Origin: Okamejei kenojei
Lineage: Eukaryota
Direction: 5' to 3'
Assembly (NCBI GenBank): GCA_035221665.1
Contig: CM069163.1
Coordinates: forward strand, 22,754,001-22,818,000
Length of the DNA stretch: 64,000 bases
A program made the translations under genes and the position numbers. This document shows positions 1 through 60,200 of the stretch, in pieces (the first letter of the stretch is position 1; each line of letters begins with the position of its first letter). A model generated the notes under the pieces. That model saw nothing but the letters and a program-made list of their open reading frames with translations, did no database searches and had not been told where the DNA came from.

Positions 1-75
1 TTACAACTTTTAGCCATTAATTTACTTCGGTTGTAAATAAATATGTGCCCGATGGTTGATTTAACAGGTCTCTAA

Positions 76-48109
<48,034 letters not shown>

Positions 48110-48273
48110 GCTTCCAAAATCTAGGCTTACCTGCTAACAGTTATTCTGCATGACCCTGCCTAACTTCCATGCACCTATAAACTGTGCAGCAAGACTACAA
48201 TTAATCGGTTTGCTTGTGCTTTGCCTGAAAACTTTTTTTTACTCTGTACTCTTTACTGTAGTGTGCTGAAAAC

Positions 48274-48279
48274 ATTAAA
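48274..48279 (+). terminator. Candidate SPTAN1 polyadenylation signal (ATTAAA)
   Basis: Variant hexamer about 165 nt after the stop, preceded by TGTA motifs; motif only. Confidence 0.5.
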
Positions 48280-48554
48280 CACTTACTGATTCAAACTGAG
48301 AAATGGTGATATTATTCAATGACTGGGGTACACTTTGCATTGGAGTTTCTTCCTTAACAAACATATCTTTTATTTTCAAAATTTTACAATACAATTGAAT
48401 GTACATTGCCACCCATCAACTTGCAGCTGCCCAGAGGTGAGATGGTGGTGGGTGAATAATGTGGTGGTAATGCTGCAGGAAGAAAATGGTAGCTAGCAAG
48501 AGCAAGGGAAATGAGTTAATGCACAAGACACTTTATATAAAATATAATATTTTT

Positions 48555-48820
48555 AGGGTTTCATTTGCAATCGAAACTGGCCCTTAGGCCCACTGAATCC
48601 GCCCCGATCCACGACCACTATACACTAACACTATCTTATACACACACTTGGGACAATCCACAATTTTACCAAGCCAGTGTGGGACAAAACCGGACTTCTC
48701 GGAGAAAACCCAAGGTCAAGGAAAGAATGCACAAAATCGGTACAGACGGCACCCGTAATCAGGATCAAACCCAGGTCTCTGGCATAGTAAGGCAGCAACT
48801 CTAAAACTGCACCATCATAC
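48555..48820 (-). mobile_element. HE1/V-SINE-like element between SPTAN1 and DYNC2I2
   Basis: Reverse complement of the 18340-18637 family (GGGTTTGATCCTGATTACGGGTGCCGTCTGTAC). Confidence 0.8.
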
Positions 48821-49034
48821 CGCCTACTTTGGATACTTGTTCTAATGCTTAGTTTAACAGTTCTGGAATGCAAACAGTGGTATTACATTGAAACTAACAG
48901 GAAACGGGTGTTTTAAGAGTTTGTTTAGCACAGGTACAATAGACTCGTTATCTTCTACGTGTAGTTCTTATAACTTTGTTGCACATGGTTGAGGATGCCA
49001 TTGCATTTGTTTTGCTAACCAGATGGGGAAACGA

Positions 49035-49425
49035 CCCTCTGAGCATTTGACAGCTCTGGTCCTGTACTCACTGGAGTTTAAAAAGATGATGGGGAATCTC
49101 ATTGAAAATGACCAGATAATGAAATGTCTGGATAAAGTAGATGTGGAGAGGATGTTTCCGCTATCGGGAGAGTCTAGATCCTCATAATAAAAATACATAC
49201 CTTTAGAAAGGAGATGAGGGATTTCTTTAGCCAGAGGGCAGTAAAACTGAAATTCATTGTTACAGACTGGAGGCATCGTAAAGGTTCTTGATCAGTAAAC
49301 GTGTTGAAGGTTATGGGGAGAAAGGAAGACAATGGGGTTGAGAAGGAAATATAGACCAGCCATGATTGAATAGTGGAGTAGACTCAATTGGCTGAATAGC
49401 CTAATTCTGTTCCTATAACTTATGA
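49035..49425 (+). mobile_element. Decayed CR1 3' fragment
   Basis: LYSLEFKKMMGNLIE-like relic and CR1 tail. Confidence 0.75.
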
Positions 49426-50992
49426 GTGCTGCAATAGCAAAGCAGATTCTGGATTAAAGTGTAAGCCAAAAGAAAGATTAATAAAATGGACTCCTACGAA
49501 GGTAATATTGGTCAAAACCATCTGGTAGCACTTGCTCACCAATTTAGCCAGTTAGTCCATGAGCTGCAAAATGTTGACTAAGGAGCTAAATATTAGAGCT
49601 GAAGGGAAACGCAAGTGCTCACGTTGTAGCTAGACACAAGATGGAGTGTCAACAAGGAGCCCTGCTAAAAACTGACCTCAATAGTCATCAAGCAGAGACC
49701 ACTTAGCCAAGTCATACCTCGCACAAAGAACGATGGCTATGGTAGGTGGCGACAATTCAACCAGTTCCAGTATATCAATAATAGTTCCAACCATTGACCT
49801 TCTGTCATAAAATCAGAGCAATTGTTTCCATGTCTCCAAAGTAACGGAACAAAACTATTAAATTTAAATCAGTACGTCAGGATACTTGAATGGGCAAGAG
49901 GTGGTTGTAGCCTGCCCTGCAAAGTGACCAGTCTAATCCCGAAACTGGCCAGAGAATGGATTTGCCCAAAAGCTACTGACAAATCTAGTAGTCATTGTAA
50001 CAAAAACTTACTTTTTTTAAACTTCGCTACTGCTAGGCAGTGCTGTATGGCCAATTGAATCCAACAGTCACAATGTCATGAGATTGAATAAACAGCCAGT
50101 TTCGTAAGCTTCAAAAACAATCAAAAAATACAATTTTAGTTAATATTAAATTACTCAGACAACACACAAATTGAACATTTGATATTTTTAATACAATTAT
50201 TACATCTTGAAATGCAAGGAAGTTACAGCTCAGATAATTTTGTTCTTCACAGCAATCTTCACATTACAACACTGAAGTTATTTAGACCTCATCCAAAGAG
50301 AAATCTTGAAGTGTATTTAGTGCAAGGTCAGTTTATAAATCCATTAGATTTTTACCCATTCCACCAATTTCACTTGATTGGGGCAACTCTGAAAAGCAGC
50401 ACAGCACAAAGCCTTGAAAATCAGAATAAACGTGCTAAAATGTTGGGGTGGAAATTCCAAACTGCTTTCAATTTTGTAATGAACTGACAGCACTGTCATT
50501 GTCATTATGCCAGCGAGTATTTTTCTCACCCAGTGATTGAGTGGTTTTCAATGGGAGGAGGTTGTAATTTAAGTGGATTCCACTTCTCTCATGAAATACA
50601 CGTAGATATCTAGGGATCTTGACCGTCCTGATCCAGATCTGCAAGGCCCTGCAAATCCTATTTTCTTACCAGACATGCAAGCAAAAGTAAAAATCAATCA
50701 AATGAAAATAAGAGGATTCTCCATGATGCTGGATGGGAACACCCAATTCAAAACAACTGGATGAGTTGCCGCTCATGAATGCTTGACCCAAGGAATTACA
50801 ATTCTTGTTCATAAATACTTTGTATCTGCCTTAAAAAAATATTACGAATATGTGTTAAGCTATAAATAAATCAATATTAACATTTTTAATAATCTTAAGA
50901 AAATATGATAAATCAGTTCACAATGTATAATCTCACAATCCTAAAGAGATGGGGTAAATTTCCCCAAAGCATCTCACTAGGTCTTTAGTCAA

Positions 50993-51231
50993 TCAATCTG
51001 CTACTTCATTAGCAAGCTGCTCGAGTAGATTAATCTCTCTTGGTCCTTGCTTCAGCAGTTCAGCACTCAGCTGCCAGATTTTGACACTTCCTTCCGCATT
51101 ACCAGCTGCAAGAAGCTGTGGCTGTTTTGGATTAAAAGCCAGGCAATAAACTGGTTGGTTCTCTGCACACTGCTCAATAGAAATCGAGGGACATAGAGAA
51201 CTCTGCTCCAGGTCAAAAATCAACACCGTTC
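50993..51231 (-). CDS. DYNC2I2: DYNC2I2 last coding exon (TVLIFDLEQ...LANEVAD*)
   Basis: cag|GA ACG...GAT TGA; lies in ORF 50993..51259. Confidence 0.93.
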
Positions 51232-54200
51232 CTGTTGGAATAAGAAACAAAATTTCCACTCAATGTTTAAAGGTAAAATATCTGTCAACATAATAATGCA
51301 TTTCTGCTGACCCACTGTAGTACCCTGTTCTCACCTTCTTCCCATGGCCCTTGTTCCCTTTGGCATCAATAAATATACCTTCTGGCTGTGGCATATATTT
51401 ACTGAATTCATTTAATGACTTGTTTTCTATGCTTCATCACCCTCTCATGGAGCAGTTTTTCCTAATTTCAAGTCTCTTATCCTGAGGCTAGCTCTGAACA
51501 CTGTCACCATAAGGAACATTCTTTCTCGTCCTGTTGGAGTTTTATAGGGGTTTCAAAAGTCTTTTATTGTCACGTGTACAAACTAAGGTACAGTGATATT
51601 CATTCTTTTATACTCCAGTGAATTTAGGCTCAATCATACCAATCACTCCTAATGAGTAGGTGCTGCCATCCCGGAAATCAGTAAAGGAAGCATTTGTTGC
51701 ACACCCTCCGTGACAAGTGTCCTTCCTTTGATGTGGAGACCAAAACTACACACTAAGCTCCAGATGGGGTCTCACCAAGCCCATTACAGGTGCAGCAACA
51801 CATCTTCGCTCCAGTTCTCAAATCTTGCAATGGAGACCAATGCTGCCTTTGATGCCAAACGTTGAAGTGCAGCAAGATTGCCTTGTTAACTATTTACTGC
51901 ACTTAAACTTTTGTTTTCATTGACTGCTGTACTATGAAACAGAGGTCCTCTTGCGCATTCTCTTTTTCACAATTATCACCATACAAATAGTAGCATCCTA
52001 TTTGTACAACCAAATTGGATAATCTCAGTTATCCACATTAAACTGGATATGCCATACATTTATCCACTCATCTAACTTGTATAAATCACAGAGGAATCTC
52101 TTTGCTTCCTCTTTAAACCTCACTTTTCCTCCCAGCACACTAACCTTTGGTACAGGACCTTATCAATAGCCTTTTGATAAATTCAAATATACCACATCCA
52201 CTAGTTCTACCATATCTATTTGACTGGCTACATCCTGAAAAATTACAACTCCAGTAATTTGTTGATTTCCTTTCCTTTACCCACGCAGACTCTATAATGC
52301 CCTTCCTAGCGTTCAAGTTGGGTAAAAGATAAATTTCGACTGACATGAGACAACAATCGCAAAAGCCCAGGCTCATTGCAATGTTTATGGAGGCAATTTC
52401 CCATAATCTGCAAAAAGGTTCTCCTTTATTTAGTACATTAAACAGTAAATACCGGAAAAGATCCAACCTATTGTTAACCGGTGATCAAAAGCTTGATAAA
52501 AGTTATAGATTTCAAAGGATATCTTAAAAGAGGGAGAAAGGAGAGGAACGGGAATTCAGAGGCTAGAAGCTAAGCAACATAAAGCACAGTTGTTGATAAA
52601 CAAAAGTGCACAAAAAACCAAAACTGGATGAAGAGATTTGAGGGGGAGGAAGATACTGTGATAGGGAAGGTGGAGGCATAAAGGGATTTGACAACCTAGA
52701 CAAAATCTCAAGTCAGTGTACATCTCGCAGCACAGGCGTGACCTGAAAGCCTTCGTGAAAAATATCACTTGGATTTATATATAGCATTTCTTACCAATCG
52801 GTTGCAGTGGGAGGAATCCAGAGCTAACATGCTTCAGGTTCTGTTTCTTAATCCAGAATGTATGTCACAGGAATGTGGTAACAGAATGGTTAAATTACTG
52901 ACTCAGCATCAAGTTCCTGGACCATTATTCTAGAGACAGGAGTTTAAATCCCACCCATGGCAACTGAGGAATTTAAACTCAAGTAACCTATAACAAAGCA
53001 TCGATCATGAATCTACAGGTTATCATTTAATTAAAAAGTCAGTTCAAGAAATGAAATCCACTTTTTCGAACCCAATCTGCCCTATAGCCTAATTCATTAA
53101 CATAATTGACTCTTGACTGCTTCCTCACTTTGGGATAGTACCTCTGCATCAAATTAATGAATAAACAAAAAATTCCCACCAAAGCTAAACCCAAACTTTT
53201 AAAGGATCACAGCACTTACCCTCTCCTGTGGCTGCAGCAAATACAAGAGGCCGGACTGAAGACCAGCAAACACTGAAGAGATAAGTTTGAGATAGCTGAA
53301 GAGAAAGAACTGGCTTGGCTTGCAACATGGAGTACAGATGAACGTGTCCATCAGTGCCAGCAGTAAGAAAGAGGTTTCTGCGAGAAGAACAACATTGAAA
53401 ATATATGCATTGGATAAATACCCAATTTTACAGATAATGTATAGGACTAGTTCAATTTATCAGAAATCTGCATTCTTATTTTCACACCAAATCTTAAAAT
53501 GCCTGAAAATTGTTCCAAAGATAGAAATATAATAGCCATCTTGAGTATGCACAATGATCAGATATCCCATTCATTGGACATTGAGATTACAATCAGATCA
53601 CACAGGTTCTTATTTAATGGCAGAGCAAGCTTGAGGAATCAAGTGACCCATTTGCTCCTAGTTTGTATTATCTCATGGAATAATTTCAATCACCTAAATG
53701 AGGGGAGGCTTCAAAGTGTGATTTTTCCAATTTTTATATCCCTTCTGGTAAACCACCATTCATTGTTCATAAACAGACCTGTGAAATGGTGAGCAAGCAA
53801 CAGCATGTACAGGACCACTGTGGGGGGAGAAGGTGAACAGGGCCGGCGCCTTCAATGGAACGGAACCAGAGCTGAGCGATGCAAGAGTCAGAACCTCTGT
53901 TGAACACTTCAGCACGTAGCCGCCCTCCACACCAGCAATGAACACAGTCTTGTCCAGATGAGAGAAAGAGAGGGCAGTCACACCAAAAGACATGCTCCCA
54001 CGTACCTGGGGATGAGTTACAATATATAAAAAGGCTATAAGAAAAAGGTTTACTTTGTATAACTGGTCAACTCAAGCTTCTTTATATTTACAGACTCCAG
54101 GTATAGCATTCCTATACACAAAATGTTGGAAACACTCATTAGGTCAAACGACACATGTAGAGCATAAAACAGATTTTAAATTTCAGGTCAATTTCTGGTG

Positions 54201-57200
54201 CTCTCATCAGTTTCTCCCTTCAGATGTGTTGGTGAATCTAATGAGCATTTCCAATTTTTTTTTTTTAATTTCAAATTTTACACAACTGCAGCATTTCTCT
54301 TTTAGTTTTCAGAATGGCTGATTTCCTGAAAGTATGATGTTTTGCTTTTCTTTTCAAACTTGGTTATAAACTTCCATGTTGAAAAAGAATTGATAATAAA
54401 GGAAAAAATATTCACCTACCACCGTCTTTTCCAGTCATATCTACCCTGAAGGGTTATCTCAAGTCAAATGGATAATGTCTCAGCTCATGATTATCAGATC
54501 CCTAAATTTGAGTCCAAATACTAGTCTGAGCACGCGAGGTAAAAAAAGTAATACAATGATTTTCTAGATGACAGGTATCAGCAAGCATCTTGGCTTTAAT
54601 TAACAAGCAAACGTGTCTCCGTTGGAATAACTGAAAAGCTTGCAGCCAGGTTGTTGAGGTAAAATTCTGACGAAATTCTGCTTCTGTGGTTGCCAAATTT
54701 CAGACGTGGAAGCAACAATCTGCCAGCTTTGGGAGAACCTCAAACTCAATTTCAACATCGAATAACATTACAAAGACTGCTCGCCTTAAGTTTGACATTG
54801 CGTGGCATCTGTTGAACGACAAGAGCAAATCCATCCTGCAGTACTAATTGACCTTTGCCATCCATCCCCCAGATGAGAATCTTTCCATCTGTACTCGCAC
54901 TCAGAAGATTAATTCTGTTGCTGCGACTCAAACTCTGGTTCCACTGCACCTGTTTTGGGAGGGAACAGACATGTTTTATGCTTAAAACTCGCCACAGGTT
55001 AAACATTAGTGAAAGAATATAATGTGACTCTTCCTCTTTCTCTCAACGGTGTATAGTAGATAATATTAATCCAATAAAAAACAGATGTCCATCACCATCA
55101 TCTTGTGCTCATCCATTTCTAACTGTAATCAATTTGCACCAAGACCCCTTCACCCATTGCCCCTATAATCACCGACTTTCTAGGTTCCAGGTACAGAAAT
55201 GTCCAAATCTTAGATTATCATCCTGATTTTCATAACATCCCATGGCCTCAAGCAAACTATTGTTTGCACCCTAGCATTACACTCTCCACTATTCCCTTCT
55301 CCACACTTACGGCAGCCATGCCTTCAGTTCCCTCAGCCCCAAGGTGAGCAACTCTCTCTCTCTGCCCATGTTGCTTTGTTTTAAATTCCTCCTTAAAATA
55401 ATTTGATGGGCTTGAAAAAACAGAATTTCCATCACACTAAATATTCTAGCAATGGTGATGTCAACATAAATGTTGGGGTGGAAAGTGTGAGACACTGAAT
55501 TTATATTTGCTTCAATCACATTGAAGATTTGGAATATAGTCAAAGCATTATTAAAGCAGCAAAAGGAAAGCCAATATGTTGAAAATGGCCTAGACTAAAT
55601 CTTTTACCTGATAAACAGGCTCACGGTGAGTATCTTCAGATATTCCTGATCTAGCAATTAATGGATCATCAGTTTTACTGCAGTTCCACACTAACACCTC
55701 TCCATTGTAAAGCCCACCTGAAGAAAACACATACATTTAGATCACAATCTTTTCCTTTTCCTAGTTTATTAACACTGATTCACAAAATATCATGAAACAT
55801 CAATGTATTGGCCAGTAAGTTGAATGCTAGGTCAGACCTAGGATACAGCCCAGTTTAAGATGAGTGCAACATAAACTACAGAACTGGATAATCTTGCAGT
55901 AAGATATTGCATCTTTGGAATGTGGGAGTCTTTTTTTTATTGAGTCAGCACTCAATTCATGCCACCTGTCTTCTTGAATCTCTGAATCCACGTGCTGCCG
56001 TTCCAACTGTACACTTTATCTCTGGGGATGTCAGTATTTGGATCCAGTGCAGATGAAGGAACATTAAAAAAGAGCTGGAATAGGCTATCGAACTCTTGAA
56101 GCTGTTCCAACACTCAAGAATTGAATCTTGGCTTCACATTTCTGCATTGTCCCTATGCCTCCTTTCCTGTAGGGTTCAAATCCCTACTAATCCCTGCCTT
56201 GAATATGCTCGATGATTGTATCGTCTTGCTCTCTGGGGTATGGAACCCCAAAGAGTCAAAGCCCTCAGAGAAATATATCATCGCCATTGTAAATTGGTTT
56301 ACAGACCCTCATTCTGAAACGATGCTCACTCATTCCAGATAACTACACTAGAGGAAACATCCTCTACACCATTCTGTTAAAACTTCTCAAATATACATTT
56401 AAATAAAATTCCCATTCTTCCGCACTTATATTGTAGGGGCACCCTCTTCATATGTCACCAGCTTCATCCCAGGGTTCAACTCAACAAACCGTCACTGCAC
56501 TGTCTGCAATGCAAGTGTATCCCTCATTAAATAGGGAAACCAAAATTGTAAGTAATACTTCAGGTGCTGTCTCACCAACGCTCTGTAAATTTCAATTAAA
56601 GGTTCCCTACTTTTACACTCCATACCACTAGCAATAAAGGGCAACATTCAATAATCCATGCTAAGTACTTTTCACAAACACATACCAACTCTTGATTTTC
56701 ATGCACCAATACGCAAGAATCACTGCTCCTCCATAATGAACAACTTGGAAGTAGTGAAAGTATGGAATGGAATAGTTTGTCACATGTGACTAGGCACAAT
56801 GAAATTCTTTGTTTGCATACCCAATGTAAACAAATAGCAGCCACCTACAGCGCTGACAAAGTTACAAAGCACGCAGGCTCCTCCTTTTGTTCTTCCCCCC
56901 TCCACGCCGGGTCCCCATTGTCCTTTGTTCTCCCACCCTCCCCAATTGTCCATTGTTCTCCCCCCACCTCCTTCACAGCGGTCCCCTCACACCGGGTCCT
57001 CCATTGTTCTTCCCCTCCCTCCCTCCCTCACGGTGGTCCTCCAAGCTCTCATTGACCGTTGTAGCGAGTACTCTGGATGGGGAACGTGAATGGCTTGGCA
57101 GCATCCAGAGATGAAGGTAGCAGAGTCCTGAAGGATGAACAGCCAGGGTGCTTCAGCAGCTGGTAGTGAATTAATTTAAATGAGCGATTAACCTACCTGA

Positions 57201-60200
57201 CCTTCACAATAGCACTGTAGATGTGACCACAGTGCACTTAGAGACAAAGCCTCATCTTCACATTGGGATAGACTAAGAATTTATTTGGTAACTTAGAACT
57301 AAGTATTCACAAGGAATTGTGGAAAGGTCTATAATCATTTGAAAATTTATCCTATCACTACAATCTAGCCAGGAGATTAACCCAGCTTTAAAGAGCAGTG
57401 CAGATGGGCTTGCCAGGAATACTTAAAAATTAGGTGCCAATTTTGTGAAGTTGCAACACTGGGACTACATGTTAGCTCACTACCAATAAATAACATCAAA
57501 ACACTACAGTGATGCCATACTGAGAAATTGGATGGTGTTGATGTTCAAAGAGAACTGGGTTAATGCAATGAAAGCTAATAATCATCTAATAGCCTGTCTC
57601 TCCCTTTTATTGACCATCAGTGACTTGTTGGTTTTACTGCTGCAAGAAATAATTTCATTGTTCCATTTTCACTACATGATCAGCCATGATCATATTGAAT
57701 GGCGGTGCAGGCTCGAAGGGCCTAATGGCCTACTCCTGCACCTATTTTCTATGTTTCTATATGACAATTAAACACTCTTAATTCCTCCAGTGGTAGCAAT
57801 GATGTACTGCATGAATTACAACTTAAATTATTATATTGCATAAGAGCATTTTGAAATATTGTGTTGTCTCTTTGAGCTCTTCAAGTACCAAATATTTCAA
57901 TGATATTATACTAAATTGCAATAATTACTGTGTATGCTTTGGGGAATTTTCAAAAAGTGTTGACCAAGACACCATCCATTCTCAATGTATTAGTAAAAAA
58001 AATGTAGTAAAGGGATGGAATGTACAAATGATAAGGCTCACAGCAATCACTGACGAAATGAGGAAAATATAATATTAGGGTCATGTGCAGTAAAGCATAA
58101 AAATCCAGAAATGGCTTTCAGTGATTGCCTGCTCTTCCATTAGGGGAAGGCTGTAGCTTTGGTGTATTTAGCATAAATCAATACATTTAAGATGACATCA
58201 ATTATATATTATATTTTGTTTAAAAAAAACACCTCGATAATGATTTTATTGAACATTGAACATTGCCAGGCAGCCATATTTCCGACGTGAACTATACAGA
58301 TTATGAATAGTTCTCAGTAACAAAATCCTGTCGTAATCGGGGAGAACCTGTAGTGACACGACTGGGCCTTTCACGGTGCTGTGCTGTTTTAGTGAAGCAA
58401 CAGCTCATACCGAGGACACTTCTCTGGAGAATATGCCATTAGGAGTATAAATGCATCACATCCAGAGTATAAATACTGGTTCAGACCAGTTAGATCTGCA
58501 TTCATGCTGCAAACATTTTCCAGTACTTCGAACAACTTTCCCACACAATCTCTATTCCTCATGGTCGAGTGCACATGTAATACAGAAGACACAAGAAATA
58601 AATAAAATTGGACATGCAACACAGACCTCTTCCATCATTAGTAAGATATGACCCTTGGCCTTGATGCTTTTCTGCCTGATTCTGATAACCCTAGTAGCAT
58701 CACAAATCTGCCCAACAGCCCTGAAAGTACTTACTGATTGCCTAGGAATGAGAATTCCAAAGAAACATTTCAGAAAATAAATTCCTCCTCATCTCAGCGG
58801 CCAACTCTTATCTTGATACAACGCACCTAATTCAGGGTTGTCCCATAGGAAAATAGCCTAATGGCTTCCAGTCAATAAACCCCCTAAGGAATGTTATGTT
58901 TCTTAAGGGGTTGGACAGGCTAGATGCAGGAGGATTGTTCCCGATGTTGGGGAAGTCCAGGACAAGGGGTCACAGCTTAAGGATAAGGGGGAAATCCTTT
59001 AAGACCGAGATGAGAAAGACTTTTTTCACACAGAGAGTGGTGAGTCTCTGGAACTCTCTGCCACAGAGGGTAGTTGAGGCCAGTTCATTGGCTATATTTA
59101 AGAGTGAGTTGGATGTGGCCCTTGTGGCTAAGGGGATCAGAGGGTATGGGGAGAAGGCAGGTACGGGATACTGAGTTGGATGATCAGCCATGATCATATT
59201 GAATGGCGGTGCAGGCTCGAAGGGCTGAATGGCCTACTCGTGCACCTATTTTCTATGTTTCTATGTTTCCCTCAAACCGCAAATTCTCCCAAACCATGAT
59301 TTTATACCTTTTCCAAAGCTTCATCATGATTTGTCCTGGTGCATTTCTTATGCTCCAATACAAACTTTCAAAACCATTAAAGTACTTTCTGAAAATTGTT
59401 CAACATAATCGTGCACAGCACTTCAAATCTAGTTTGATTAGGGCATGGCAAACCTCAGCATAATCTCTCTAGGTTAACCCAGAATGAAACAAAAGCAAAT
59501 GCTAGCTCAGTTCAATTCAAAATTTACCTTGCACGAAAAACAACAAACAATGTCTTAGCCAGTAAGAACTGGAGCATAATTTTAGTCTCAAATTCATTTA
59601 TACCATCAACCTAAATCAAATTCATACGCTAGAAAATATTTTGATCAACAAGCAATTGAATAAATGAGATTCAATAATGAGCCAATGTCAACAAATGGTT
59701 CATATTGGCTATTGACCTCCCCAGCATTGAAGACATCTCGACAGGAAGTGCTGCCTCAAAACACAGCTAAGATCAAAGGTCTATGCTACCCTGGTCACAG
59801 CTGGTGCCCTAGTACCTCAGCTGCTACCAAGGGGAAAGTGGTACAGGAGCCAGAGAACCATAGCTCTTCTTCCTATCAACCATCAGGCTCTTGAACAATT
59901 ATGCACAACTCTAACCACAAACCTCAGCACCAAACTACTAGGGACCAAGCATATGTTTGCACTACATACTTTGGCTTGCACTATTATGGCCTGGTTACCT
60001 AATGTAACTGATAATTTATTGTATTATGTTTGGTGTATATTTATTTATTGCACAGATATGTTTATAAAACTGCAACAAATAAGAATTTCATTGTTTTGGA
60101 CCCACTGATAATTACACACTCTAGACTCTTAACTCTTTTGTATTGATTTACTCTACTGTATTTCAGTTTAAAACCCCATGCCGCTGAAATCTTTGGGAAC

